From Scyliorhinus canicula (lineage: Eukaryota), in the NCBI RefSeq assembly GCF_902713615.1, contig NC_052158.1, positions 18,906,546 to 18,970,545 of the forward strand: DNA of 64,000 nt, written 5' to 3'. Shown here piece after piece: positions 1 to 13,059 of this stretch. The position numbers and the translations under genes are program-made. Within the stretch, counting starts at the first letter, position 1; each line of letters starts with the position of its first letter. The notes under the pieces were generated by a model. The model was given only the letters and a program-made list of their open reading frames with translations, made no database searches and was not told where the DNA came from.

Positions 1-192
1 CAGGAAAGCGGAGGTAGTTTTAACTGATCTATATTTGTATTGTTAAATGTTGTAGATTTAAGTGAATTTAATTTAGTTCCTTGTGTTAGAAAGAGTATAC
101 GACTAAAGTTAGATTCATGTTAAACAAAGGTATTTCACGTGGAGCTTTTGGTTGAGTTCGACCTGTGTTTCTACTGTGTCCAGAGAGTTTAC

Positions 193-410
193 AATAATAA
201 TCTTTAGTGTCACAAGTAGGTTTACATTAACGCTTCAATGAAGTTACTGTGAAAAGCCCCTAGTGGCCACATTCCCACGCCTGTTCGGGTTCACAGAGGG
301 AGAATTCAGAATGTCCAATTCACTGAACAACGTGTCTTTCGGGACTTGTGGGAGGAAACCGGAGCACCCGGGGGAAACCCACACAGACACGGGGAGAACG
401 TGCAGACTCC
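193..410 (-). mobile_element. tRNA-derived SINE, 5' part missing (HE1-like body with the GGAATGTGGCGACTAGGGG-type tail)
   Basis: Reverse complement matches the body and tail of the full copy at 47967-48280. Confidence 0.8.
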
Positions 411-1190
411 ATCCGTGGTGGTGACCATGGGGGCGAAGCTTTCGGCCATGGGTCAGAATGTTCAAGGCCTGGGCAGTCTGTTGCGGCAGTGGCCAAGGCC
501 CAGGACAGAGCTGCCCTATTACAGGGAGCCAAGTACAAAGGTTGCTCCTCCAGAGCATGGCCCAGTCACAACGGGTAATGGCTGAGAGAGTCAGCGGCAT
601 TGCCCAGGCGCTGACCGATGTGGCACAGACCCAGAAAGAGTTGGCTCACTCCCTATGCTCCATGACCGCGAGCATCGAGACCCTGTTTGGGGCATGGGAC
701 TCCAGGACTGGCAGGGCCAGGTGGTGGGAGAACCTCAGGGGTTAGCTCCACATGCACCTCCGTCCCATGGAGTAGCCCAGGGGCTATCAGGCACCCTGAG
801 GGAGGAGGAGGTGATGAGGCCTGTGCCGGTGACTCTCGCAGGGGAAGTTGCAGAACACCGCAGCACCTCGACTCCTCCTCCTGTCCTTGGTGCATCTGGT
901 GGGCAGTGGACAGAACAGGGTGGCACCATGCCACCTGGTACACCCAGGCAACAGCTGGGCCCATCCAGAACCAGTCACCCCAGTAAACGGCCGCCGAAGG
1001 GGACCCAGGTCACAGGGTAGGAATCGCAGCAGGCTACCTCCACACCTGATGTAGTGCCTGGGGATCCACCTAGACGTAGCATTGGGGCCCATAAGGACAG
1101 GAAGGTAGACACCAGCTAAGTTGGCATAGGTGGAACACAGGATAGTGTTAGGGACGAAGGCATAAAGCAGTATATATACATGTTTACAGA
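411..1190 (+). mobile_element. Degraded PIF/Harbinger-associated (Myb/SANT partner gene) remnant
   Basis: Broken low-complexity ORFs resembling the remnants at 9.5-11 kb and 29 kb; no intact ORF. Family assigned by pattern recognition only. Confidence 0.4.
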
Positions 1191-4100
1191 CCATGGCCCA
1201 GCACGAGGGAACGAGAGTAGCAGAGAAGGGAGAGCAAGTGAGAGGGGAGCAGGGTAAGATGGGGGAAGAACGGGCAGAAAACCGTAGAGATCGGGGGAGG
1301 GAGAAGCGGGACAGTAACTACCAAGAGGGGGCAGTCACTGCACTAGCAGGAAAGCTAGCGCCGGAGGCATGCAGCAAGGCAGGGCCACGGCGCTCCCCCA
1401 ACAGGGGGGGCTGCGCCAGGCGGGGGGGGGGGGGGGGAGACCACTCAACAGAGGCAGGAGAGCAAACGGTGATAGGAACGGGGGAATGCGAGACAAAAGA
1501 GGGGTAAATGGGAGAGGGGAGGATGGGGAGGATAAGGGGAGGGAAAAGGGGGGGATGGGGAGGATAAGGGGAGGGAAAAGGGGGGGATGGAGAGGATAAG
1601 GGGAGGGATCGGGGGGGGTGGGACACCGGGAAGGAGAGACAAACAAGGCAAGAAAGAGAATAGCAGTATGGCTACAAAGTGCCACAACCAAGGGCTCAGA
1701 ACAAGGAATCACTGCAAGCATCCACCCAATACGGTCTCTGGGCGAAGGGAGACCCCAGCTGCAGGGGACTACCCCCGTGGCGGACGCACAGTGGGCGGCC
1801 ATGTTGGGTGCCCCCTGGACAAAGGGAAACCCTCGAGCGCAGGGATCCGACCACATGGGGAGAACAGTGACATCGACCATCTTGGACGGCCTCCTAACAA
1901 GGGGGAAACCCGGAGGGCAGGGCCGCGTACAAAAGGTAAATATGGTTGATCCCATAGGAGCGGGGAGACAGAAGCCCCCGACCAGGATAGTCACCTGGAA
2001 CGTAAGAGGACTCAACGGCCCAGTGAAAAGATCCAGAGTCCTCACCCACCTAAGAAACATGAAAGCAGACATAATCTTCCTCCAAGAGATACACCTGAGA
2101 GAGCAGGACCAAGGAAGAAAGGGTTGGATGGGACAGACCTACCATTCCTGCTACGGGACGAGAGCCAGGGGGGTGGCAATACTGATCAGCAAACGTACGA
2201 TGTTTAGGGAGACCAAGACGGTTATGAACCCGGGGGGGGGTCAAAGGAACTCAGTCACTTCATGGAGCAGATGGGAGCGGTGGACCCCTGGAAGTTCATC
2301 CACCCAGGGGATAAGGAGTTCTCCTTCTTCTCCCCAGCACACAACGTATACACCAGAATTGACTTCTTTGTGGTGGGGAAAACGGTGCTTTCGGGGATAG
2401 ACGAAGTGGAATATTCCGCAACTGTGATATCAGACCCCGCTCCACATTACATAGACATGAGGCTGGAGATGGACAGGGCCCAACGCCCCACATGGAGGTT
2501 GGACACTGCCCTACTCGCTGACAAGGCCTTCAACGAAAAGATATTGCGGGCCGTAGCAGAGTACATGGAGAACAACCAAAACGGGGAGGTCTCACCCTCC
2601 ACGTTCTGGGAAGTGCTAAAGGCCGTATTGAGGGGAAATTATGACCTTCAAAGCGCGAAGAGACAGGGAGGAAAGGGTGGCTATGCAGCAGCTGTCGACT
2701 CCATACTGGAGGTAGACCATAAATACTACGAGGCCCCGACCGTAAAGCTCCTGGCGGAGAGGAAAGAGCAACAAAGGAACTTTGACCTGCTCTCCACCAG
2801 TAAAGCAGTGCACCAACTCCACCAGACACGTGGGACCCTATATGAACACTGAGACAAAGCCAGCCACCTGTTGGCACACCAGCTGAGGAAGCAGGAAGCC
2901 ACCAGAGAAATTGCACAAATCAGGGATACTAGAGGCACATTAGAAACAGAATCAGAGAAGAACAACACAATCTTCAAGGCCTTCTATCAAGGGTTGTGCA
3001 CCTCAGATCCCCCAATGGGGGAGTCTGGGATGAGACAGTTCCTTGATGGACTGGACATGCCAGTCATATGAGAGGGCAGAAAACAGGGCCTGGAAGCACC
3101 ACTAGCACTGGGAGAGATCATGGAGAGTATGAGCTCCATGCAAGCAGGGAAGGCGCCGGGACCGGACGGACTTCTACAAACAATTTGCGACAGCGCTGGC
3201 CCCACACCTGCAGGAGATGTTCACGGACTAGCTGGCTAAGGGCATGCTGCCACCCACGCTAGCACAGGCCTCAATCTCGCTGATACCTAAGAAAGATAAA
3301 TACTCAACGGAATGTGGGTCATATAGACCCATCTCACTGCTGAATGCAGACGCCAAAATACTGGCCACAATCCTAGCCAAAAGGCTAAAGGACTGCGTAC
3401 CAGAGATGGTCGCAGAAGACCAGACGGGCTTTGTCAAAGGTAGACAGATAACCTCGAACATGAGAATACCAGGGGTGATCGTCTCCCTAGATGCAGAAAA
3501 GGCCTTCGACAGAGTCGAATGGAAATACCTCATAGAGGTACTAGAGCGGTTCGGGCTTGGAACAGGGTTCACCTCCTGAGTAAAACTCCTATACAATGCT
3601 CCCATGGCGAGTGTATGGACAAACAACACCAACTCCCGATACTTCCAGCTGCACAGGGGCACCAGACAAGGATGCCACTGTCCCGGCTGCTGTTCGCCCC
3701 AGCGATCGAACCACTAGCAATCGGGCTCAGAGCAGCAAAACGTTGGAGGGGGATCCAAAGGGGCGGCAGAGAGCACAGAGTCTCACTCTATGCAGATGAC
3801 CTGCTCCTCTACATTTCGGACCCACAGAGCAGCTTGGACGGGATCATTGCGCTCCTGAAAGAGTTTGGAGCCTTCTCGGGCTACAAACTCAACATGAGCA
3901 AAAGCGAGATCTTCCCAGTACACCCGCAAGGGGGGGGGGGGGCAGCACTAACGGGACTGCCGTTTAAACAAGCCCGACACAAATTCTACTACCTGGGGAT
4001 CCAAATAGCCCATGACTGGAAAGGGATCCACAAATAGAACCTCACCAGTCTGACAGAGGAAGTAAAAAAGGACCTGCAAAGATGGAACACACTCCCATTC

Positions 4101-4680
4101 TCCCTCGCGGGGAGAGTCCAGGCGATCAAAATAAACGTACTGCCCAGGTTCCTCTTCCTGTTTAGATCCGTTCCAATCTACATCCCCAAGGCCTTTTTCA
4201 AAGCGCTGGACAAACTAATCATGGCGTTTGTAGGGTGGGGGGGGGGGGGGCGGTGGGGGGGGGGGGGGGGGGAAGAATGCTGGGATCCCAAATAAGGTCC
4301 TGCAAAAAACAAAATCAGGGGGGGGTTAGCCCTCCCGAAACTACAATTCTACCACTGGGCGGCAACAGCCGAGCGAATAAGGGGATGGATCCAGGAGCCA
4401 GAAGCCGAGTGGGTGTGTGGAGAGGAGGCCTCCTGCGTGGGGACCTCCCTCCGGGTCCTCGCCACGGCGGCACTCCCATCCCCACACAAAATACACTCCA
4501 GCAGCCGATTGCCACCCTCCAATCCTGGAACCAACTACACCAGCAATTTGGCCTGACCAAAATGTCGGACAAAGCTTCCATCTGCAACAACGATAGATTC
4601 ACACCAGCGCTGACTGACGCCAACTTTAAAAAGTAGGGACACTGACAGTGAGGGACCTATATACGGACAGCAGGATCGCA
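1190..4680 (+). mobile_element. L1/Tx1-clade LINE, 5'-truncated, ORF2 disrupted
   Basis: APE endonuclease motifs (IVTWNVRGLN, DIIFLQE, YTRIDFF, SDPAP) and RT motifs (KAPGPDG, YRPISLLN, SLDAEKAFDRVEW, LYADDLLL) are spread over several frames with stops. Confidence 0.9.
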
Positions 4681-4687
4681 ACACTAT

Positions 4688-4846
4688 TGGCCATGCTAAA
4701 TTGCCCCTTTTGTGCCCAGGGATGTACAGGTTAGGTTTCTGTCAGGCGGGAGAGTGGGCCTGGGTAGGGTATTCTTTCAGAGGGTCGGTGCAGACTTGAT
4801 GGGCTGAATGGCCACCTTCTGCACTGTAGGAATTCTATGGTTCTAT
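4688..4846 (+). mobile_element. HE1-type SINE, 3' fragment
   Basis: TTGGCCATGCTAAATTGCCCC through GGGCTGAATGGCC...CTGTAGG...TTCTATG, as in the other HE1 copies. Confidence 0.75.
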
Positions 4847-5254
4847 TTCGTGGTTCGAGGAAATCTATGCAACCACGGGAGAATGTGCAAACACCAGAGT
4901 CACCTTAGGTCTGAATTGAACACAGGTCCCTGATGGTGTGAGGTTGCAGTGCTAACTAATGTGCCACCGTGTTAAATATGTTTCTACCTTGTTTACTTCA
5001 GTTACCCTATTCATTTATAATTATCTCCTAATTAAATGTTGTGCTCTAATGTTTCAGTAAGATATTTGTAGAAGTTTGTAAAGTTTAATGTGAAACATTT
5101 ATTAACAAAAATAATTTTATCAATACAAACTTTGAAACCATGTTAACTTATCGTTAACTTCAGCTGAACAATGACATAAAACTGCCTCAACTTTAACAAA
5201 TTTCTTGCAATAAAATATATTTCCTCAGTTAAGCATAATGGTTCTATCTGTCTA

Positions 5255-5420
5255 TAAAGGGGAGGGAGGGGGAAAAGAGGGCTGGGAGGACGGAAGAGGG
5301 GAAGGGGAGTGAGGAAATAAGGGAGAGAAGTGGGGAAGGGGATGGAAGGGAGAGAAGAGAGGGAGGGAGGGAAGAGGGGAAGGGAAAGGGGGCATAGCGA
5401 AGAGGGGAGGGAGGATGGGG
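5255..5420. repeat. Purine-rich (GA) low-complexity tract
   Basis: Almost only G and A. Confidence 0.9.
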
Positions 5421-5759
5421 AGAGTTTTGGCATATCAATTGTCAAAGTTACAAGCTCAAAGTATCTGAAGAGCAGTATCCTGGTAAATATGGTGTGGGTA
5501 ATTGATTTCCTTCCTTGCCAGGCAGAGATGTAGCCTGACTACAGATTTTGAATGTGCACTGGATTCTGCAATACCTGTCAGAGAGATAGTTCACATTAGT
5601 TTACTGGAGGAATGTTTGCGTCAACTAACTTTGAGAACTTTATTAAAGCATTTGAAGTAATCACTGAGGCTTGTGAGGATAACCATTACATCAGCGAGAC
5701 TCTTAAACAACACAGCTTAAAACACATTTCAAAACTCGAATGCGCTTTAGCTCTGAATC

Positions 5760-6290
5760 TGCAGGGAAGACGGTCATGCTAACGTTAGTGTCCTTGAAGG
5801 AGTCAACAGCCCCAGTATCAAGGCCATGATCATCCAAAACCAACTCCACTGGGCCACCCATATGCTTAGGATGTCAGAGTGCCGATTGACAAAGCAAAGC
5901 TTCTTTACCCAGCTCCAGGAAGGATCCCGGACAACAGGAGGACAAAGGAAGCTCTTCAAAGTCACCTTTAAGGCTTACCTCAAGAAATGGAACATAGACG
6001 TCAATGCCTGGGAGACCTTTGCTCAGAAGAGACTTACTTGGAGGAACCTCCTGATTGAAGGGTCACAATTCTTCGAGACACCCAACGGCAAAAGGAGGCC
6101 TGGAGAAGGAGCCTTAGAAAGGAATACCCGTGGCCTAGAGTTCAAGGACTTATGCAACATTTGGAAACTCCTGCCAAGTGAAGATGCAGCTCTAGGATCG
6201 GCTGATCAGCCACGCTGGGACCCACAGTAACACGTGACCAGTAACACGGAGTATCTTAGGTAGACAATCATACCCGTTAGCAAGTGATCA
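5760..6290 (+). mobile_element. RTE-clade LINE 3' fragment
   Basis: ORF 5826-6230 QLHWATHMLRM...GGQRKLFKVTFKAYLK...W..LL resembles the RTE C-terminus. Confidence 0.75.
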
Positions 6291-7112
6291 CAGCATTCTA
6301 TCCTTTATAGTTCCTTTAATGGAACTAACATCCTCATGACAAACCAAAGTTTCAAAAAAAATCTTTATTTCACTTTGTGACTTCAAACTCACTTCATACT
6401 GTAAAATATCCTTTATACACCCCTTACCCTCAAACAAAAAACCAACCCCATCCACCCCACGCCTTTCTCGTGGCAACCCCTCACTTCACTCCAGTAAACT
6501 AGACCGCCCAGCTAGCATGGTGGCCCCGCCCAAGGCTTCCAACCATCCTTCCTCCCACCACTTCCACTTCCCCCACCCCCCGACCATCCCAACGGCTTAC
6601 CTCTAAAGAGTAAAAAAAGGCACACTCATCATTGCTCCCCCCTTTTGCCGTTGGGCAAGGGCCTGCCCTGGAATACCACACACCAAACACTTAAAAAAAG
6701 CACAGAAACCTCCTCCAAAGTTCAATGTCTTCACACTCCTCCAAGTCCATTGTCCCATATAAATTCCATTGCCTCCTCTGGCTGGTTGAAAAAGGAAATA
6801 AAGGAATCAACAGGAAGGACCCTTACACATGAATATCCGTGGACCGGGGGCAAAGTCGTGAATGAGCACTGGGGCAGCCAATCAGAGGTAGCCCTGGCGG
6901 CATGAATCTTGTGGAGACGTTTTTTTAAAATGCCTAACAATACAGCATGAAAACCCACCCTTACTGCCAACCGGCTAAATACTGCTTTTCCTGACCGCGA
7001 TTGAACTCAACAAATACAGGGAGAATTCTGCTCTTTGTCCGAAACAGGAAGTTCTGCCTTTATGACTTCTGTCTTCCTGGTATTAATTTTGTGAACATTT
7101 CTGCTGTTCTAG

Positions 7113-8086
7113 TACTAGTTGTCAGACAAACAATGTGACAAATCAGGAAGTATGGAGGAGTCAACTGAGGTCGGTCTGAGTGTCATTGGAGAAAATATTG
7201 AACCTGATGTGTTTTCAGATAATGTCACCAATAATCAGCACGTAGATCTGAAATAAGAGTGAAATGAGAAATACACTCATTTGAAAGTATGGGGTTTTAA
7301 ATATATTTTTTGAAAACAGGAATATTTTATTTCAGATCCGTTCGAATGAGTAAAGATTCGCTGTATGAAAGGCTGAAGAGCTAGTTATAGATCAATTTTT
7401 GCAGCCAATGGTAAAATATGAAATACATGAGATCTCACTGAGATACAACACAATAGTTTTATATATTGACATTCAATTATGGTAAAACTGTAATAAAGAT
7501 TTCAATTTTAATTTTGCTCTTATAGTGCAGAACTCATACAAACATCTGTAAATCACAGCTGTTAAAATCACAAAGACTAACATTTTCTGTATTGCCTCAT
7601 CTACAGGGGCAGCAGGGTAGCATGGTGGTTAGCATAAATGCTTCACAGCTCCAGGGTCCCAGGTTCGATTCCCGGCTGGGTCACTGTCTGTGTGGAGTCT
7701 GCACGCCCTCCCCCTGTGTGCGTGGGTTTCCTCCGGGTGCTCCGGTTTCCTTCCACAGTCCAAAGATGTGCGGGTTAGGTGGATTGGCCATGCTAAATTG
7801 CCCGTAGTGTCCTAATAAAAGTAAGGTTCAGGGGGGGTTGTTGGGTTACGGGTATAGGGTGAATTTGAGTAGGGTGATCATGGCTCGGCACAACATTGAG
7901 GGCCGAAGGGCCTGTTCTGTTCTATGTTCTACAGTAAACCAAGATATTCTTTTTCACATTTATTGTTTTATGTACAAGAGTCAGACAACTTCTTTGCCAC
8001 TAGTTTATTTTATGATTAGTTCTTCCACATCGGAATATGAGCATATTCCGTATTCTCATCAGGAAAATGCAGCTTCCTTCCAGTAG
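7113..8086 (+). CDS. Candidate last three coding exons (7113-7149, 7336-7349, 8020-8086) of a receptor-like gene
   Basis: AG/GT-bounded segments with compatible phases (2-0, 0-2, 2-stop) give TSCQTNNVTNQEIRSNDSSTSEYEHIPYSHQENAASFQ*. AATAAA at 8151. Confidence 0.35.
7606..7931 (+). mobile_element. Full-length HE1-type SINE
   Basis: tRNA-like head with A box and B box (GGTTCGATTCC), conserved GGGTTTCCTCCGGGTGCTCCGGTTTCC core, and a CR1-like tail ending TTCTATGTTCTA. Confidence 0.9.
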
Positions 8087-8844
8087 TTCCTGTGGATGCA
8101 GATAACTTTATCTCACTACAACACAGCAGGATTGTTTGTTGATGAGACCAAATAAAAGATCACAAATTACGCTAACAAATAACAAAGTTGCATTTCTGTA
8201 GCATCTTTAACATGATGAAATGACCCAAGGCAATTAATGGGGGTTGAGATATGGAGATGTTCAGGAAGGAAACCCTGGGATTACTGCAAATTGTACATCT
8301 CCACTCTATTCCATTAATTTTACAGACAAAAAGATCATGGGCTGGAGGCAAAATTTCACTTTCTACTTACAGAAGGCGTGGTGGGAGGATGGAGTTAAAA
8401 ATTGATCCTTTTATGAATGTAAATTGTTGAGAGAGCGAAATCATATGAGAAAGATGGAGAAACAATATGAGAAATATTTATTAGTATTTTAGTCTTCTTT
8501 CAACAAATATAAATGATAGCAATGTAACTAGTGTAATGATTACAACGTATTTCAAAGTGTGAAGATTAATTTGTGTGTATGCAGTACCTGTTAAGTACAT
8601 TTGTCCTTGAACATGATAAGTTGATTTTTTTTTCAGCAGCTAACTGACAAGTTGATAGGTATCCTTCTTTTCATTTTTTTTGTACAAAAAGAGGCAACTT
8701 CTGATTTACTTCCACAATTTCTGTTGTGCCTCTTCATCACTAATAGAAGGTTGTGGAAGGGCTAAAATTATCACTTACTAGTTTCTACCAATTTTTCATC
8801 CATCAATTCCATCAGCCTATAATTGTTTAGGAGTCTGGTAAAGA

Positions 8845-9390
8845 TGTGAAAGTGTTGGCTGAGTTAATGGCGGGGAGGTTGGAACGATGCGTTCCGGGGG
8901 TGGTTGCGGAGGACCAAACGGGTTTCGTGATGGGTAGGCAACTTTCCAGTAACAGGCGGTTATGTGATCATGACCTGGTTGAAAGGACGGGTACCGGAGG
9001 TGGTGGTCTCCATGGACGCGGAGAAGGCTTTTAACCGGGTGGAGTGGCTGTATCTGTTTGAGGTTCTGGGAAGGTTTAGGTTTGGGCCAAGTTTATGGAG
9101 TGGGTGCATCTGCTGTAAATGGCCCCGGTGATGAATATAGGGACAAATGAGATGAGTTTGCGGAGCTTCGGGTTGCACAGTGGAATGAGGTAGGGGTGCC
9201 CGCTGTCACCGCTGCTGTTCGCGCTGATGACAGAGCCCTTGGCAATGGCCCTTAGAGGGGTCAGCAGAGTGGCAGAGGATTGCAAGGGGGGAGTAGGGAA
9301 TACCAGGTATTGCTGTATGCAAACGACCTGCTGCTGTTCGTGTTAGAACCGTTGGAGTGTATAGGGAGAACTATGGGCTTATTAGAGAGG
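8845..9390 (+). mobile_element. L1-like RT fragment
   Basis: [33 protein letters not shown] and YANDLLL in broken frames. Confidence 0.8.
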
Positions 9391-9519
9391 TTCAGGGCCT
9401 TTTCAGGATTATAAGTTGAATGTGGGGAGAAAGCGAGTGTTTGCGGTGAATGAGGCGGGTCGGGGGACCCAATCTGGGGGTGTTACCATTTTGGGTAGCC
9501 AGGGGTAGGTTTAGGTAAG

Positions 9520-11050
9520 TGAAGACCAGCAGCAGGGCCTCCAGTGCCACCTGGGATGCAGTGGCAGCGGCCGTCAGTTCTGGCAGCATGACCAGGAGGA
9601 CCGCTGAACATACAGGAAAAACCTGGTGAAGGAGCAGCCCTCCGAAAGCTTGTGGTTTTAGATAAAGCTGTTGGACTTTAACCTGGTGCTTTGTGACTTC
9701 ATACTGTAAAGGAAGAAGACCAATGGCTTTCACCAAGCTGCAAGGGTAAGTTAAGACCGGCCCCCTCGCACCCCCAGACCTCCACCCCCCCAACCAAGTT
9801 AGCAGCTGATACCCCACACCCCCCCCCCCCCCAATCCGATCACTGTGCTGTGCCCCACCCCCCCCTCCCCCAATCCGATCACTGTGCTGTGCCCCAGCAC
9901 ACCCTGGCAACCAGCAGCACAACCCCTCCATGTCCAGGTGTGGTGCCCACACATGCCACCTACCACAGACCCCCCCCCCCCCCCCCCCCCCCCCGTTGCA
10001 CCAAGCGCACGGCTCACAATTTCCTATCTCTGGCCCAACAAGAGAGGCTAGCTCGTAATACATGGGAAATGGCCCAGGCAGATGGCGGAGTTCCAGATAT
10101 CAGAGTCCTCACCCCCCTATGAGGAAGGGCCCTGGAGATTGTGGGGTTGACCGAGGAGGGAGCGTCACCAACAGCGAGGTTGGCCTGCCACAGAGGTGTG
10201 GATCCAGCGCCCCTTCACCCAGGTGACCTACCTGAAGTGAGTTGTTTGTGTCAGGCAAAATGATCCCTCTCTCACTGACCACTTCTCTCGCAGTATCTCC
10301 ACCTGATGGGGCTGGGCCATCTCGCGTCGCCCCCTTCCTGCAACTAAAGGAAACAACTTGGATGAGAGCCATTGAGGCATCACAGCTATCATCCCACTCC
10401 TACCACTGCAGAGACACACACCTTTGTGTGTGACATTAGTGGCCAGGTTTCTGGGGCACAGCCTGATGAGCACCACACAGTTGCTGATGTACGTCGGGTG
10501 AGGCCGGAACATCTAGGGAGGCAGCAGTTGGAGGTCTGCTGGATCCAGGACGTAGCTGAGTCCTGGTCAGATGCCAAGTCTCTGGGCAAGGATATCTGGA
10601 AGCTGTTGCAGACGCTGGGACATGGTCGTGGCTTTCAGGACGGGATGTTAGCGACACTCTGGCAAGTGCCAGGTGGATTGGAAGAGTCCCAAGGGCTACG
10701 GGCACAGGAGATGGCATTGGCTATGCATGGCACCAAGGTCAACATTGCTAGGGTGGTGACCGCAGTGGAATGCTTGAAGAACGACATCACTGTCCTGGGT
10801 GATGGTGCCCAAAGCATGACTCAGTAATGGCCATGGCTGAGGGCCTCGACATACCCGTGTTGCTGAGGGACATGTCCCAGACGCAGCAGCACATTGGGGA
10901 GCATCGTTGATGGTCAACATCACAGTGCAGACAATGTGGTGCTACAAAGATTGGCAAAGTCAGATGATTCAGAGGCCTCTCGAGTTTACTCCAGCTGCCC
11001 CGCCATCCCATGGAGACCCCCATGGCCCTACGAGCACCATCTAGGAGGGG
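9520..11050 (+). mobile_element. PIF/Harbinger Myb/SANT-gene remnant containing a Penelope fragment at ~9621-9712
   Basis: SSRASSATWDAVAAAVSSGSMTRRT resembles a Harbinger Myb-like domain. 9621-9712 matches the Penelope-end motif at 33383-33460. Confidence 0.5.
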
Positions 11051-11129
11051 CAATTATTGCGGGTCTGGCATATGGTTCAATACAGGGCCTAGCATCGAGC
11101 ACTGCCAGTTGATCTGTGGGCCTACACCA

Positions 11130-12250
11130 GAAAGCTCCCGAAGCTGAGCGATGAAGATAGTGTCCTATTGTGGGGGGCATGGGTAGTCGACTCGGAGCAG
11201 GGTTGTATATCTTTGCTAAAGAACTCCATGATGGGCACTCAGGGGTGGTCAAAATGAAGATGCTGGCTTGCTGCTACGTTTGGTGGCCCGGGATGGACTC
11301 GGAGACCGAGAGTGGCCCAGCACTGCGGCCCTTGCCAAGAGCACCAGAAAGCTCCACCGAAGGCTCCGATGCACCCTTGGGAATGGCCGGGAAAGCCTTG
11401 GTCCGCGTCCACGTGGACTTTGCCAATCCGTTCCAGGGGCAGCATTCCTTGTCCTGGTGAATGCCCACTCCAAATACTCCACCGGGTACAGAAAGCGAAT
11501 ACACGAACGGCTGCGACACAATTTTAGTCTGCAAGGACTACCCAATGTCCTGGTGTGCACAAACAGGGCAATGCTCACCAGTCAAGATTTCAAATTGCTC
11601 ATGGCTGCAAATGAAATCCGGCATATGAGAACTGCCCTGTAACACCCACCCTCCAACGGGTTGGCCGTGCGGGCAGTCCAGACTGCCAAGCAGGCTATGA
11701 AACAGATGACTACTGGACCTTGGGAGATGAGGCTGGCTTGTTTCCTAATCGGACGACCCCGCATTCCACCACTGGGGTTGCACCGGCAGAGTTACTAAAG
11801 TGTTGACAGCTCAGAATTCGCCTCAGCCTCGTTTTCCCCGATGTCGGTGTACAAATCCATCAACAGCAGCCTGCTCCTGGATGGACTCACATTGGCGACG
11901 CAGCTTCGCACCTTTGAACCTAGTGGCATGCTCTAGGTTTGGAATTTTGCTGCTGGAGCAGCATGCACCCCTGTCGTGGTCCTCCGGGCGATGGATCCGG
12001 TCTCCTTCTCGGTCCAGATGCAAAGGTGTGAAGCCAGCCGCCAACTGGACCACATCCTGCGCCGTATACAGGATCCACTGGAACAGGTTTGGGGTGCCCA
12101 TGTACAGTCCTCCTCACCACCCAGGGGGCCCGCTGAGGCACAGCTCGCCGTTGCCATCACCTGTCGGGCATCGGGAGTCCCAAGTGCTCGACACACCCTC
12201 AGGACCATCCAACGATGATGGCGATGACAATAACTCGGACATGGACACCG
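11130..12250 (+). mobile_element. Ty3/Gypsy integrase fragment, degraded
   Basis: ELHDGHSGVVKMKMLA..YVWWPGMD, C..CQ, PWEWPGKPW, RVHVDFA and SNGLAVRAVQT, all frameshifted. Confidence 0.8.
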
Positions 12251-12257
12251 GCCCACC

Positions 12258-12422
12258 CAGGACACTAAGGGCAATTTATCATGGCCAATCCACCTAACCT
12301 GCACATCTTTGTGACTGTGGGAGGAAACCGGAGCACCCGGAGGAAACCCACGCACACACTGGGAGGATGTGCAGACTCCGCACAGACAGTGACCCAAGCT
12401 GGAATTGACCCTGGGACCCTGG
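12258..12422 (-). mobile_element. HE1-type SINE body, split by the provirus; its head lies at 21210-21243
   Basis: Joining 12258-12422 to 21210-21243 restores a continuous SINE. Confidence 0.85.
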
Positions 12423-13019
12423 TGTCGTAGTCAATATTTTCCCCGCGTCTGTACTGTGATAGAGAAATTCAAACAGCATTCATTAGGTAAGCAAAACTGA
12501 ACTTTATTAACGAATTAGAACTGCTAGCAGTAATGGCTGAGACTTGAAGTCGGAAGGCAGTCAAGTACAAACTGCTGAGTCCGTCCCAAGTTTGCGATAT
12601 TACAGAAGAATAAGATGATTTTTATACATTATAGGATCAAGATAACATGAATACAGCTTGGTCAGGAATTTGATCGAAAGTAAAACATAAGTAATAATCA
12701 TTGCAATGGCGTCACCTTGCTGACGTTTAGGGGACTGGGGTCTCATATCATTATCTTGTCTTTGTTTTAAGAAATGGACAAATTTGTTTACGTACAGGAA
12801 GAGACCGTTTTTTAGCTTGTTATGTATTGAGACTGCTCTAGTCTCATGATGAACACGCCTTATCCTAGAGTTTCAGAGTCACCCAGTTCTCAGGTCAAGT
12901 TGACCTTGGCCTGCTAGTATTTGTGCCTTAGGTTATGCGAAGTCAGTTTAAATTTAATTGTACCAAGAAACTTGACTGGTTTTCCCATCATGCCATTATT
13001 TGCTTCACACAATACCACA
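12423..13019 (-). repeat. 3' LTR of the class I ERV
   Basis: Direct repeat of 20608-21205 with about 18 differences counted by eye. Preceded on the minus strand by the PPT AAAAGGGGGGAG (13020-13031). Confidence 0.95.
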
Positions 13020-13059
13020 CTCCCCCCTTTTGTCATATCATGACAACCAGCTAAATAGG

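Noticed and set aside
1318-1700. Pro/Gly-rich ORFs here and at 5143-5533 and 39104-39703
   Set aside because: Translations of purine-rich simple sequence.
7048-7270. TM or GPI-signal exon and an acidic ORF on the plus strand
   Set aside because: Requires several stop or frameshift repairs; the micro-exon reading explains the region with none.
7606-7690. tRNA genes at SINE heads (also 17575, 30985, 46825, 47967)
   Set aside because: A and B boxes run straight into SINE bodies; no complete cloverleaf.
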